Below, piece by piece: positions 35,451 to 49,039 of a stretch of DNA of 64,000 nt. Positions within the stretch are counted from its first letter, which is position 1. Each line of letters opens with the position of its first letter. The notes below the pieces were generated by a model. It was not told where the DNA came from and made no database searches. It worked only from the letters and a program-made list of their open reading frames with translations. The position numbers and the translations under genes were made by a program. This stretch comes from Lama guanicoe (lineage: Eukaryota). The stretch lies in assembly GCA_013239625.1 (NCBI GenBank), contig MU053754.1, forward strand, positions 803,379-867,378, given 5' to 3'.

Positions 35451-38304
35451 TTTTATCAGCTGAGCTTAGACAGACATAGTGGTGGAAGGTTTAAAGGGAG
35501 TAGAGCAGTTTTAAGTAGCCTGTGGGGTGAATGGAGCAGATCCGTAAACAAGGGCAAGGAAAGTCCATGGCAGGTGGCTCGGGGTCCAGTTCACTGTATG
35601 CCCAGCGTGGACTGGCCGCCAGCCACTAGACCCTTCGTGGCAGGGGCACTCATGAAGGACGTCTTCCTCCCTCTCTTTAGCTTCCTTCCTGCTTTCCTTT
35701 TCATCTTCTCCTGGTTCTGGAGTCAAGCAGGTGGACCCTAGTCCTCACCTTTCAATTCTAAAAAGAAGTTATGGTTAAAGATTTGAGACTCGGCTTTGCC
35801 ACTTTGTGGAAATGGCGTACTATCTGGGCCCGTTCCTTCTGTTAACAAGTAGGTTTGTAGCATCTTTTATGTCCCAGGCAAAGGGAGGAAAGCAGCGAAG
35901 TACAGGCAGTTCTCCTGGTATCGCTTGTCGACCACCTCGTGGTGGTGAGGCTGCAGGAGGAAGGATGCTAAGGGTTGTCATGGTGGGCGGTTTGCATCTG
36001 ATCTCAGAGAAGTGGTTCTGGCTCTGCTGCCTGTGCAGAGATTTGAGGAGACTCCAGCCAGATGGTGTACCTGTAAGTGCTCGGCATAGGCTGCAGCTTC
36101 ATAGCAATGCCTGCTCTCAGGATTCCTGGACATGGAATGGCTTCCAGCTGGGCTCCCCGCCGCATCATACTCAGGCCCCCTTTGGATGACCTCACTCTGG
36201 TGGCCACATCAGGTCCTCCCAGACCTGACTGTCTCAAGGGATCAGCCTGATTTTTGGTTCCTGACTGCCCCGTGCTGCCCCTCCCACCGCCTCCACACAC
36301 ACATTTTTGCCAGGCAAACACTCCCAAGTACGCTGCCCCTGCCCTGTGGCCAATCAGCTCCTCTCGGCCAGTCCCACTGGGGCCAGCCTCTGCTTGACCT
36401 ATTAGACTTGGATAAAGACAGATCCTGGAGGGTCCGGATTTAGGATCTAGGACTTTAGACTGGAGGAGGCAGGAGGCTGTAAAGTGTGCATTTTTAGGGG
36501 CCTTTCAGAAACAAGACAACACTGACGCTTTGTAGAACGTAGATTTCTGGCCCATGTTGTCTCCTGACCTTGGCAATCAGGGCATCACTTTCTAATGTTA
36601 TGCTGCCTGAATAGATGGATTCATTCTATGAACCACTGACTGATGGGCTTCAAGTGCAGACGTTTGTGCCTGAGAGGAAGAAAAATACTAGAGATAGGAG
36701 GTCACACTCAAAAAAAGAAATAGAAAAAGGATGTGAAATTGCCTGTTGTTCGTCTGCAGCATGAGTATACCTGTTAAACTTTTGTATCCAGTGACCTAAC
36801 AGAGGGTCAGTAAGCACTGTTTCCCTGGCAGTGCACATATTTCTTACAATGGGAATAACAATTACCAGCCCGCATGGTAAACTCCACGTCCAGCATGAAC
36901 ACATTTTCTCTTTAGCAGCACGTGATGGGATTTTGCTGGCACATGGCGATGATATATGCACGCTGATGTCATGGTCTGGAAGCTGAATCCAGACGCAATA
37001 CATAAAGTCATCCTGTCTGTTCATGGGTGAGGGGGAAGGTTTTTAACAGTTATCTGTTGTTATTATGTTTATGGCTGCTGGAGGAGTCCGGGTCCCCAGA
37101 TTTTACTGGCAATCATGACACACACACAAAATCAAGCTTGGTACTAAGACCGTCTCAGCTGTCTATTGAGTTTACACATTAGCTCCCAATTATGATCCAA
37201 GTCTTTCCCCTTGGCCGGATTGGTCTCAGCAGATGCTGGGTGCACTCCTCACGAGGAAGCGCTCTTTCAGCTGTATGTGCTTTCCATGGGAGAGAACAGT
37301 TAAGTTGCCCCAGGGTCCAATTTAATAAAAACCTGCTCATAACAAATCAGGGAATGTGGGATAGACACACATCGAGCCCCGTTTAGGTTGGATGTGGTGG
37401 ACCGCGGCCCTGACCGCCGTACTCTGCGCATCCTGACTCCACCTCTTTCCCCACCTCTTCAGGAAAGGCCACATGCAAGTCTGCTTTGTTTGTTTAGCAA
37501 ACTGTGAACACACTTGTTGATGCACACATGGAGAGACAAAGTTCTGTAGAAATTTCCTTAGCCGTTCAGGGCTGAGTATTTGGTGAAAAGATAAGGTGAG
37601 ATCAGGACAGAGGCAGTAGAGGAACCAATGAGCCTAGCGGACTTTTTCATGATTATTTTAAAGTGTGGTTTACTGTGGTCCTAGAGACAGAGTAATTTTC
37701 CTCACCGTGTATGCTTGTGACAGTTTTCAGTGAATCTTTTGCTGGTTAAATAATTGTCTTTCAAATTAAACATTTTTCCACCATTAGAAATTTTTTCTTG
37801 ACATATTCTCCTCTGTCCAAAGGTGTCATGAATTCATGACACCTTTGACTCTTCTGCTGTCTCAGAACTTACGTAGCAAACCTGCAGCTGCCTTTTTTTT
37901 TTTTTTAAACAAACTGTTGGTCAGCAAAAATAAAGGGGATACAGAAACACTCATTTTTATGCTGTTCCCTTTTGGGCTTCATGCAAAGACAATTCTGTGT
38001 AAATTTACTCTTGACTCTGATTTGCAAATCTGAAAATCAGCCCATCCTTGTTACAAAAAATTTTTTATAATTGTGATTATATTGATGTCCATATTGTGTA
38101 AAATAACTCATTTAATAAAGTAATATGAATTTTACAACATCAAATAAATACTCATTTTGCTCTGTGAGCAAAACATACATAGATACCACAATATTGATAT
38201 GTATCTAGATAAATGTTTATGTAACTACATATCTCACATACATAAACACATCATAATGTTCCATACTTATTGAGATGAACCTGCAGGGTAGTGAGGATGA
38301 CCTT

Positions 38305-38545
38305 TCAGGACTCTTGTGGTTGGGAGCCATCTGCCATGTTGTGAGGAAGCCCAGGGCAGGTGTGGAGGCCTATCTGGAGAACAGTCAGCGTCTAGGTTTT
38401 CCGCTGACCAAGCCCTCAGGTCTTAGCCAGCACGTAAGTTGTCACTGTCAGTCATTATGAAAGGGACACCCTCAGTTGACATCACTCGTGCTGACACCAC
38501 GTGAAGCAGAGACCGTCCCGCACCAAGCCCTGCCCAAATGACTCA
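38305..38545 (+). mobile_element. MLT1 (H-like) LTR fragment
   Basis: 'ctgccatgttgtgaggaagccca', 'cacgtgaagcagaga', 'agccctgcccaaat'. Confidence 0.65.
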
Positions 38546-40790
38546 GTCAGAAGGACCAACCCACCCTCACCATCCGGGTAGACAGAGTTCTCATGCAGGA
38601 ATCAGAGAGATGTGCAACACTGGGGCTCCGGGGGCTGGACTCAGGCAGGCAGCTTTGTAGAGGTACAGAGATCACAGAGAAGCCACCATCGCTGTCCTCA
38701 GCCTCCCGGAACAGCACCCTGTTCACGGGAGGGGTTCTCAGAAGGCCACCTTAAAGCCACGGGGGCAAGTCCTGTCTGCCCCCAGCCAGCACCCGAAGCT
38801 GCTGCAGAGGGAGCCAGGAACCACGTCTGCTTTCCCTTCCACCTTTCACGTTTTGCCAGAGTACCTTCACTATCAGGATCTAAACAGGAAAAGGAAGTCT
38901 AAACAAAGTGCTTTTCAGGCTTTATGCTCTGCGGTACAGGGGGCTGCCTAGAAGGGTGAGTGTGATACTGAGTGCTACACTGTAACCGGTATAGCTGGAC
39001 TATTAAGCTACCCTTCCGCTCTGAGGATGCAGAGCAGCAAGAAGAGCACAAGACTTCCCTGACTTGTTAATGTTAACTGCGTATGTATGGCTACCGTGGA
39101 AGACAGTACTCTTCCCAAATGCCCCAAATGTATTTCCAGTCCTGAATGCTCTTCCAGAACCTCCCCCTCCCCCATCAGGAGGGGGCATCCTCGTCTACTT
39201 TGGCTAATAAGGGATAGTGGAAATGACCCCGCATGACCTCTGAGTCTACGACATAAGACATGATTCAGCTCCAGCTTGGTTCTCTGTTGTGAGGTAGAGC
39301 AAGTGCATCTGCAGAGAAAAGCGATGCCCAGATAGCCTCGTGCCCGTGAGGACTGGCCCGAGTAGTGGAAAGCCCTGGAGGCACATCTTGCTTCCACCCT
39401 CACCGTGTGTGCAGGCGGCTGTTTCAGCTTCAGAGACAACAGCGGTGCTGCCTCTGCCTTTCCGTCTCTTCCACTGTGAAAGGACCCCGCTGGGAACGAA
39501 GCCTGCGGTTCCCAGGGGCAGCTTGCCACCCGCGCTGGTTCCCCAGCTGCCTGCCACGCTGCGGGTTTCACAAGAGCAGCACATGTGGCCTTTGAGCATC
39601 TTTCGGTTCTGGACAAGGGGATGGTGTTCGACTGGGCTGATGGTAGCCCTTCTCCTGTGTTCGGTTCAGTCTTGTCCCATTTCAGTGCCGCTGGCTGCAA
39701 CTTTTTTTTTTTTCCCTCCTTAATGCTACTACTTTAATTTCTTTTTTTTTTTTTTGTCTGAGCCTGAATACCACACATTAAAAAACTTGATCAGGAACTT
39801 AATACGAACATGAAGAGTTAATCTTTCTGTTTATCCTTAAAATAGAGCTTTGCCCTCAAGTAGTCACATTCAATTAAATATCATCTCTGTTATTTCTGTG
39901 CAGTGAGGATTAAAGGCCATCGGGATGACTTCACAGAGAGGCCAGAAATGCCCTTGCTTCATTTTCTCAGAATAGAGAGTATTCGTCAGGGGAAAAAAAA
40001 ATAATAAAACTCTCATAAAGTTATGAAAAATATACAAAGAAAAAAATTAAAGGATTATATTTTAAAGCCTCGGGACATAGAATATTATTTCTCATAAAAG
40101 ACGTTCCATGGTATTATTTCCTGGAATGCCAGGGATCTGTTTTAACTACCTAATGACTAAACCACAAACATGCAGATAATAAAAGCTTCAGAGAAGATGT
40201 CTTGGTCTTTTTCCTTAATGGGGTGTAGTTGTAGCCTCTAGCACTATTAGTGTGGAGTGTTACATCGGAATAGTTGGTTCTCAAGTCAAAGTGCCATTCA
40301 CAGTTTGTCAAATACTGTGTGATCTCCACGGCACTTAAATGCAACTCTGTGAAATGGGTCCGAGCTCGTCACCTGAAAGGCAACTGAAGCTCGGATGTTA
40401 GACAAAGGAAGTTCCTGCAAGAACCAGAAGTGGATTCCAGAGCTGCTTCTCATGTAATTTCCCTCCTCTTTCAAAACCCAGAATTCTGTGGCGGTTCCAT
40501 GCCACTGAAGATGTAAGTAATACCGGAGTCCTCAAGCTGTCACTGACCTCCTAATACTGCAGACTCGTCATAATCCATGCTCCGGTTGACTGGGCATGGT
40601 CGCTCCCAGGGGTTCTAAACTGTGATTGACACCAAATGATAGTCTGACCACTTGGTTTTGTGGTGTGTGGGGCATTTTCATGTACAAAGCATTCCCCAGA
40701 CGTTGCATAATCTCTTAGCATCTCCTTTGTGAGCAGTGTTGGCTGCCTGGAGGAGCAGGGATATTCTAAGTTCAAGAGTGGGTCCCGGGC

Positions 40791-42251
40791 TTTATCCGTT
40801 CTTCTGTCAGTGGACATTTAGGTTGCTTCCATGACTTGGCTGTTGGAAATAGTGCTGCTATGGACAAGGGGGTGCATGTCTCTTTTAGAATCAGTGTTTC
40901 AGTTTCCTTCAGGTAGATACGCAGAAGTTAATATTGCTGAATCATAGGGCATTTCTACTTTTGATGTTTTTGAGGAGCTTCTGTACTATTTTCCATGTGG
41001 CTACACGAGTTTACATTCCCACCACCAGTGCACAAGGGTTCCCTTTGCTCCATATTCTAGCCAACACTTATTTGTTATCTTTTTGAATATAGTGATGCTG
41101 AGGGGTGAGGTGATATCTCATTGTGGTTTTGATTTGCATTTCCCTGGTTATTAGTGATGTTGAGCACCTTTTCATATAGCTGTTGGCCGTTTATATGCCT
41201 TCTTTGGAAAAATGTCTATTTAGGTCCTCTGCTCATTTTAAAAATCAGGTTGTTTGCATTTTTTTGATGTTGAATTGTATGAGTTCTTTGTATATTTTGG
41301 ACATTAAGCTGTTATTGGATAGGTCATTTGCAAGTAACGTCTCCCATTTAGTAGGCTGCCTTTTTGTTTTGTTGATAGTTTCCTTCACTATGCAAAAGCC
41401 TTTTAGTTTGATGTAGTCCCATTTGTTTATTTTTGCTTTTGTTTCCCTGGCCTGAGGAAACATACCTAAAAAAAAATGCATAATGTGTTTTCTTCCAGTA
41501 GTTTTGTGGTTTCAGGCCTTACATTTAAGTCTTTAATTCATTTTGAGTTTATTTTTGTATATGGTGTGAAAAAATAGTCTAGTTTTATTCTTTTGCGTGT
41601 AACTGTCCAGTTTTCTCAACACCTTTTATTGAAAAGGCTGTCTTTTCTCTGTGGTAAATTCTTGCCTCCTTTGTCCTGATTAGTTGACCATGTAAGTGTG
41701 GGTTTACTTCTGGGCTGTTTATTCTATTCCATTGATCTATGTGTCTGTTTTTGTTCCAGTACCATATTGTTTTGATGACTGTAGCTTTGTAATATAGTTT
41801 GAAATCAGGGCCCATGATACTTCCAGCTCTGTTCTTTCTCAAGATTTTTTTTTGGCTATTTGGGATCTTTTGTGGTTTTGTGGAAATCTTAGCATTATTT
41901 GCCCTAGTTCTGTGAAATATACCATTGGTATTTTGGTAGGGAGTGCATTGAATCTGTAGGTTGCCTTGGGCAGTAAGTTCCTTTTAACCATACTAATTTT
42001 TCCGCTCCGTGAGCATGGTATATCTTTCCATTTGTTTGTGTTACCTTCAATTTCTTTCATCAGTGTCTTACAGCTTCTGAAGTACAATTCCTGTACCTCC
42101 TTGGTTAGATTTATTCCTGCGTGTTTTATTCTTTTGATGCAATTGTAAATGGGACTGTTTTCTTAATTTCTCTTTCTGATAGTTCATTGTTAGTGTGTAG
42201 AGAAACAACAGGTTTCTGTATATTAATTTTGTATACTGCAACTTCATGAAA
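40791..42251 (-). mobile_element. Inverted 5' part of a twin-primed L1 (ORF2 fragment)
   Basis: Minus ORFs '[16 protein letters not shown]', '[18 protein letters not shown]...RHIDQWNRI', 'NKWKDIPCS'. Confidence 0.9.
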
Positions 42252-42254
42252 TGG

Positions 42255-42676
42255 TGCATTTTTATGACAACATGGATGGATCTAGAGGGTACAATGCAAA
42301 GTGAAATAAGTCAGAGACAGACAAATACCCCATGATCTCATTTATATATGTAGAACCTGAAAAACAAAGAAAACAAAATAAGAACAGACCTATGGGTACA
42401 GAGAACAAATGAGTGGTTGCCAAAGGGGAGGAGATGGAAGGGGTGGATGAAATAGGCGAAGGGAATTAAGAGGTACATACGTCCAATTATATAAGCCAGG
42501 GGATGTAATGTACAGCATAAAGAATATCATCAAAATATTATAAAAAACTTTTCACGGGGGCAGGTGGTTACTAGACGTGTTGTGGTGATCATTTCATATT
42601 GTGTTGTGAATGTCAGGTCACTATACAGTACACCTGAAACTAGTGTAATAGTGTGTGTTACGGCTGGGGAAAAAAA
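42255..42676 (+). mobile_element. Sense 3' part of the same L1 (ORF2 end, 3'UTR, short A tail)
   Basis: 'acaacatggatggatctagagggt...aagtgaaataagtcaga' (TTWMDLEG...SEISQ), laurasiatherian 3'UTR 'tacacctgaaacta', A7 tail. Confidence 0.9.
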
Positions 42677-43189
42677 GGAGTGAGCCAAAGAGATGGGGAT
42701 GGAGGAATGGATACAACTGAAGTCCTCTGCTTGGTAAGAAGGAGCAAATGAGTGACAAAATTCTGACTCTTGGGGGAAAAAAAAAACTTTTGTTGAAAAT
42801 ATCAAGCCTTTGACATGCAGTGTGATACGTACAATTAGTCCCAAAACAAGAAAAGTGTTCTTTTACTTTAAATTTGCATCGAGCAGTTTGGTAATGAGTC
42901 CCTCTATATCTTGAGAAGCAAATGCAATTAGTTAATTATAAATTGCGTATTTGGTTTCTGTTTACTATGGTGGGGGAGAAACAAATGCATGCTAGGGAGG
43001 GGATTGGAATTCTGGTACCTTCCTGACGGCTGTTACAGACAGGGCTTTGCAGAGGCAAAGGGTGTTTCCACTTCCAGTGTTTCAAATGTGGTGACTTGTC
43101 TGCTTTTTTATTTTTCTTGCATTGTAAGGGCTTCTTTATTTGTTTGCGTTGGCAGTTTGAGTCCTTCCTTAAGAAATGACCACTTAAGA

Positions 43190-43349
43190 GGGGGAGGGTG
43201 TAGCTCAGTGGTGGCAGAGTGCCTGCTTAGCATGCACAAGGTCCAGGGTTCCACCCCTAGTACCTCCACTATAAATAAACAGATAAACCTAATTACCACC
43301 CCAACCCCCGCCAAAACAAACAAGCAAAAAAACTTAAAAAAAAAAAAAA
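43190..43349 (+). mobile_element. tRNA-Ala-derived SINE (camelid Vic-1-like)
   Basis: Head 'ggggagggtgtagctcagtgg...gcttagcatgca...ggttccacccc...acctcca' with A box 43201-43211 and B box 43247-43257, an A-rich tail, and a 'gaccac' TSD remnant on both sides. Confidence 0.85.
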
Positions 43350-43631
43350 GACCACGTTCACAAACCATTCCGAATTCATGTTATAGAAAGTAACATGATA
43401 TTAGACAGTTACATTTACAGAGAATTCTGGTACGTGTGATGCTGTTTTACTGGAAGAAGAGATGCAGGCATAGGTAGCTGTGTACATGTGGGTATAGATG
43501 TAATTATGTCAAAGCACTCACATTTGATTGCTTTACTTTTAAGGAAGGAAGAATAAGTCCACATACGTACCTTAACTCTCAAAATTTATTACCTGTTTTT
43601 GGCCTCCAGCAAGTCTATCTTGGACTAAAAG

Positions 43632-43884
43632 GAGGAGACATCGGTGCACTAGATACGAGCACAAACTCTGGGGCAAGATGTCTTCACATCTCATTTGCTG
43701 TGTAACCTCAGACAAGTTTCTTAACCTCTCTGTGCCTCAGTTTTCTCATTTTCAAAATGGGGATAATAACAGTACATCCACATGTGGGGTTGTTGTGAGA
43801 ATTAAGCCCATGAAATGAAAGCTCAGTGGGACAGGTCGTGGCATGTGTTAAGTGCTGAAGAAGTGTTTGCTACTACTGTTATTA
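43632..43884 (+). mobile_element. MIR SINE, near full length
   Basis: Core 'ttaacctctctgtgcctcagttttctcatt...aaaatggggataataacagtac...gggttgttgtgagaattaa'. Confidence 0.9.
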
Positions 43885-46800
43885 TGGTCCTAGAAAACAG
43901 TGTTCTAAGAAGTTTGTTCACGTTCCTAAGTTCACAGTAGCCAACTTGTGGTTTAAATGCAGGTCTAGTTCCAGGTTCCCCTAGTAAGGACAGCTTTGCT
44001 GGTGGCAACTTGAGTGTGACGCCTTGGATTCTTGTCTCGGCTTCCTGGAGCTCCAAGTCCACAGATGGGGGCATGTTCCTCTTAGGTCTGTGGTCCTCCT
44101 TTGTGGATCACAGTGGCCTCTTAATGGAATTCCTGTGCTGCTCACAGTAAGGGCAAGAATCAAATACTGTATAAGCAGTTAAAAATTACAGAGGGCTGAG
44201 AAGGGTTGGGTGGTATTATGACTTCCTGGTTTTAAGTAAAAATTCCTCATTAGATGCAAATGTGTGGTGGAAGCATCATCCCACATCTGGGTCCTTAAGT
44301 CAAGGAAAGTGACATGTGCAGAGATCCCTCAGAGCGGGTCTGAAAGGTACTGGGTGTGTTGGGTTCCCTTATTCCTGCCATTGCAGTTTTACAGGAATTT
44401 ATGTTTTTGGATTGACTTGGGTATTCTGCTTGCGTCTTTATTTGCTTGGGTGTTTGACTTGAGTTACAGATAACACAACGAGACGTCTAGATGTATAGAA
44501 AGAGCTTTGAGGAGAAGCAGAATAGTAAAGAAAAAATAGAGGGCCAACACCAAATGTTCCAAGCAGGTAGAAAATCTCAAGTAAGCCCAAAATGTTGGGT
44601 GCACAGTTTGATAGATTCCTGGCACACGTGGCCTTCTGTCTGTAAGAAGTCAGACATGAACCATTTTTGGACATCAAGTAGCTTATAAAAGAAAATATTT
44701 GATGAGTTGAGCAAAGGCATGAACAATAGCCATACAATTTAAATTTCCTGAAAATTCTCTAGAGTTTGAAGTGAAAGGAATTTTGACTTTGGCACAGTCC
44801 ATCTCAGAGTTGGCTGAACCAAACATATTTCAAAACTATTTTGAACTCTCAGTTGAGCCTAAAACATATTTTTTTCCACAAGCCTTAAAAACCATGTCTT
44901 ATTTTATCCAGAAACTTTAGTTCTTTATCCCAAGGGAAAACGTAAATTTGGACACTTCTGAAATGAATGAGTTTTTAAGTTATGAAGAATGGTCTGTAAG
45001 ATGTAGTTAAAAACTGTGGTAGGCCGTCTTTAAGATGCTCACACTCCTGTGTTGTCCTCTCCCTCATTGGACATGGTAGGTCTATGTGACCAAAACAAGT
45101 TTACAGTATGACTCTTTTTTCATGTTTCCATGTTCTGTATCAGAGGGGAGCTTGATTCCCTATAATGGGGACACATTTTCAGATCAGTTGTCAACGTATC
45201 AATTTCCTACTTTACATTTTAAACATTGGTGACTGCAGGCAGATGAGGCAAAGAGAAGCTAGCTTTTTGATCGAAGAAAAAATTATATACACATACATAT
45301 TTTTTAGTTTTTTACATCCCAAGATACATACACACACATATCTCCGTTTGACAGCTTTATTCTTACATGGACTCTACACATGAAATTTCATTATTTACTA
45401 ATTCAATCTATCTGCATCTTTTGCTTCTGTTTTATAAACATTACAGAACATTGCTTCTTAAACTAGATATTCTGTTTTGTATCCTTTCTGTTTATGAGGC
45501 TGGGAAAGATGTTGAAAGACACATCTGTAGCAAAATAATGTTTCATCAGGAGAAACAATCAAGTGAAAAATCTGTAGGTTTCCAACCACAGTATCGCCTA
45601 AATGCCTCATAATAATGCCATCATCCCCTCACTGGAAACGACTTGGTACAGAAGTAGTTCATTCGCTGGAACCCGCATAAACACAGCATAAACGTCCTAA
45701 TCCACTTCTGTGGGGTCCTGATATTTTTTGCTGTGCATTTGAGTATTTTGAAGTTCCTGGATGGCAGCAAGATGAAAAAGTCACTTTTTCCCTTAAGTGA
45801 CTACTTTGTAGAAATGAATATACCCGTTGTTGTCTGGACTTCAAACACACGGCAAAATTCTCATGGACCTTTGAAGTCAGGCAGGCTAGTTTTTGGCACC
45901 GATTATGTTGTGGCCACTGGAAGAGCTTTCGTGGTCCCGTAGACACAACCGTAATATTTGAAATCGTGGTTTTCACCAGACCTGGTTTCCTGGCAAATAT
46001 GCACACCCCGACCACTTGAAGCAAGGATGGTGAATACCTGCGTGTCTTTCAGGTTTTACCCACATTCTCCCAGGTGTGTTAGTTTTTGCTAGCCTTTGGC
46101 ACGTGTAGCCTGTGCTGTCTTTTCCCCTACTTGACCGAACTTTCTCTTGATGCTAATTCATGACTGCAACCTGTGTTTCTCACTCCCTCTATGGCAAATT
46201 ACAGCCAATTACAAGTGGCTCATCATAAAAATTACATTAGAGAAAAATCTCATTTGCTTAAGACAGTAAGAGGTTATATCCATTTTGGGGGGGGATGGCA
46301 GAAAGAATTCAACACAGGACTAAGTCTCAGTATTGCAAGGATGCAAAAGTTTAACTGCTTGCTTTATTTGCTTCTTAGGTGAATAATTGAAACTCTCCTA
46401 CTGAATTTTATTGTCTCTAAGGTAGAAGACTTGCAGACTCCACATGATACCAGATTCTCAACACTAACAATATCCTTCTCAGCAGGTGAAAGCTACTCAG
46501 CTTTACATACTCGGATACTTTGTTTCTGCCATCAAGCAGATAGGTCATATCCCACCAGGATAAAATACGTATACGAGGCAATTTAACTAATAGGAAGGGG
46601 CATTACTTTTACATAAAAGTCCCAGTGAAGATTTTAAAACTTAACCCTGCTGAAGGTGAAATGCACCAATGCTGTAATACGGAAATAAATCACATTGCTC
46701 TTTAGACAACATTATGCTAGTTTGTCGATTTTTTGGCCACAAAGTCAAACTTTGTGAAGCCGCTCTTTCTAATACCTCTTGTTTTTCCAGGCAGAGAAAC

Positions 46801-48361
46801 TACATGTGAAAACACAGAAAAGGTCTGGCAAAACAGACACTGAAATTTCTTTCAGTGGTTCTTTTGCCATTGCTGTATTGGATAAATATCTTAAAGGGTT
46901 TTTTTTGTTTGCTTTTTTTTTTTTTTACCAGACATGCAGTGTACATTTCGAATATGTATTTACTCACGTAAATCACTGTCTTTTTTTCACATTGTTGGAA
47001 ATACTTTTGTGCTGCCTTCCTGATGCCTGGCTCATTACAAACACATGAAAGGCTCTGTTTCTCCATTGACTGTACTCAGACTAGAGCAGAGCAGAATATC
47101 ATAGAGTCTCTTTCAATTCTGGTAAAAAGAACGGGACATTGCAAATTAGACATATCTGGGTGGGGGTATTTGACTCGGGTTTTGGGGCACTGCTGTGGCT
47201 CCCAGGACAGAGCTCCTGCACCGCAGCCATCAGATTGCCTCGTGGACCGCCTTCTGCTCGGGCTGCAGCTTGGTTTCTTTCACATGGTCTGAGTCTACAT
47301 ACTAGGTCGTTCCATCACAGGGGGTCAGGTCTTGTATTTTTGCACATAGGAAATGCAGGACTTCGAATATGTCCTGTCTAGCACGTGTGTTCATCAGTGT
47401 GTAATCTGGGGGATTATACATAATAGCGAAGCATTACGACAGTTGTGGCATCTTTTAAAACGTCATTTATTATGATCTTCAGTGCACTCTTCTGGCACAA
47501 AACTTTGTCAGCAGAGTTAATTATATTAAACTGACATTTAATATCAACCATTATAAAGTGTTAATGACACATTTTCCAGTATCAGTGTTCCTGCTGAAAA
47601 TCTGTTTCAAATAGAACCCATGTGCGATTCCACTCATCACCAGGATTCACAACCCAACACTTGGTTTCCGCAGGTTCCACGGCAACACTAGTCTTAGCAG
47701 ATTAAAAAAAAAAAAAAAGTCAGCTGATAAAGAGAAAGTTTCTTTAACTTGAGCTAGTGAAAAAGATTGCTTCCTGCAGAACGGAGCATTCTGTTTTGCA
47801 CAATGTGTGAGTCCAGACCAAAGGAAAAATCAGAAGGGCGTACAGATGTCTTGCACTCAGAGATTTTCATTTCTCTTCGTTGTCTCTGCAGCAGAAGCAG
47901 AAAGGCAGGACCCGGGGAGGATGGGAGTGCCAGACTCCACGGCGTTTGGCCTCCCAGGGTCACGGTGACGGGGACTGTTGTAATGGGCTCGATGTGAGAA
48001 GGTTCGCAGCGTGGTTTTGTCTGCACGGTTTTGCAGCTTCAGGAAACCTCCCGGGAGTCACCAGTTACACTGTAGACCTCACTTTTCTAGATTAAAGATA
48101 CAAGGTGGCCGTGTGATGGGAAGCTTGTAATGAACAAGAAAGCTGGTGAATGGAAGAAAGGCCTAGCAGGACTAAGTGAAATAAATACCGGCCATCTCTG
48201 TCTTCCTGTCTTTCTCTTTCTGCAGTACTGCCTTGTTTTCACCGCAAAGAAAAAAGGCTATTATGACTCCCATTTACTGGGCAATTTAGTATTTTTTTTT
48301 AACTCTTGGAGTTTAGGCTGATTTAAGAAGTTTTTTTTTTTAAAGAGTAAATATCTTGCTG

Positions 48362-48655
48362 ATTTTTTTTTAATTGGGATACATTGCACACACTATCAGT
48401 CACCCTTTTAAAGTCTACAGTGCAATGTTTCCTAGTCTTTTCTTAAAGTTGTGCAGCCATCACCACTAATCCCAAGACATTTTCATGTTCTTAAAAAGGA
48501 AACCTGTACCTTTGTGCTGTTACCCCCACAGCCCTAGTCCCCACCCCACCCCCCGCCACCAGGCAGCCACTACTCTACATGACTCTGCATGTTTGTGTGT
48601 TCTACACATTTCATGTCAGTGGGATCATACAGCAGGTGGCCTTCTGCAGCTCGGT
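48362..48655 (-). mobile_element. Old L1 (L1MB-like) 3' end
   Basis: T-run, 'tcacccttttaaagt', 'agttgtgcagccatcaccacta', 'aaaaggaaacctgtacc'. Confidence 0.75.
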
Positions 48656-49039
48656 TTTAGAGAAAAGCAAGTCTGTATCTAAAGTGAGATGAGATGGTGA
48701 TATTGGGAAACTTTTGGCAAAGGCAAGAAATGAAATTTCTGCCATCAGCTTTGAAAGATGGCTAGCTTCCTTTTGGCTTCCACTGAGGGAATTTTCGGGG
48801 CGACTTGGGTCACATCCACTCGCTGTCCTCCCATAGGGTTTTGTGATTCCCACGATGAGTGAAAGAACACAGGAGGCAGCAGTGAGTAAAGATGCTCATT
48901 AGCAGTGTTAATGTCGTTGTTTAATTGCTGGACCCGCTAGTTTCTGAGGTCAGGCTGGCTGTGTGCAAACACAGACACACAGCCCAGCGAGCTGAGTGGT
49001 GGACACGTACTGATGGTGTGTGCCTGTGGCTTGACCTCC

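Noticed and set aside
36913..36966. 'tagcagcacgt' matches the 5' end of miR-16/miR-15 family members
   Set aside because: The 3' half diverges, pairing with the downstream sequence is weak, and no clustered partner miRNA is present.
39008..39700. 230-aa minus-strand ORF
   Set aside because: Non-ATG start, no recognisable domain, and it lies in GC-rich sequence with overlapping ORFs on both strands.
43190..43270. Possible tRNA-Ala gene
   Set aside because: It has an insertion in the D-loop region, a degenerate T-arm, a SINE body, an A tail and a TSD, so it is a SINE.
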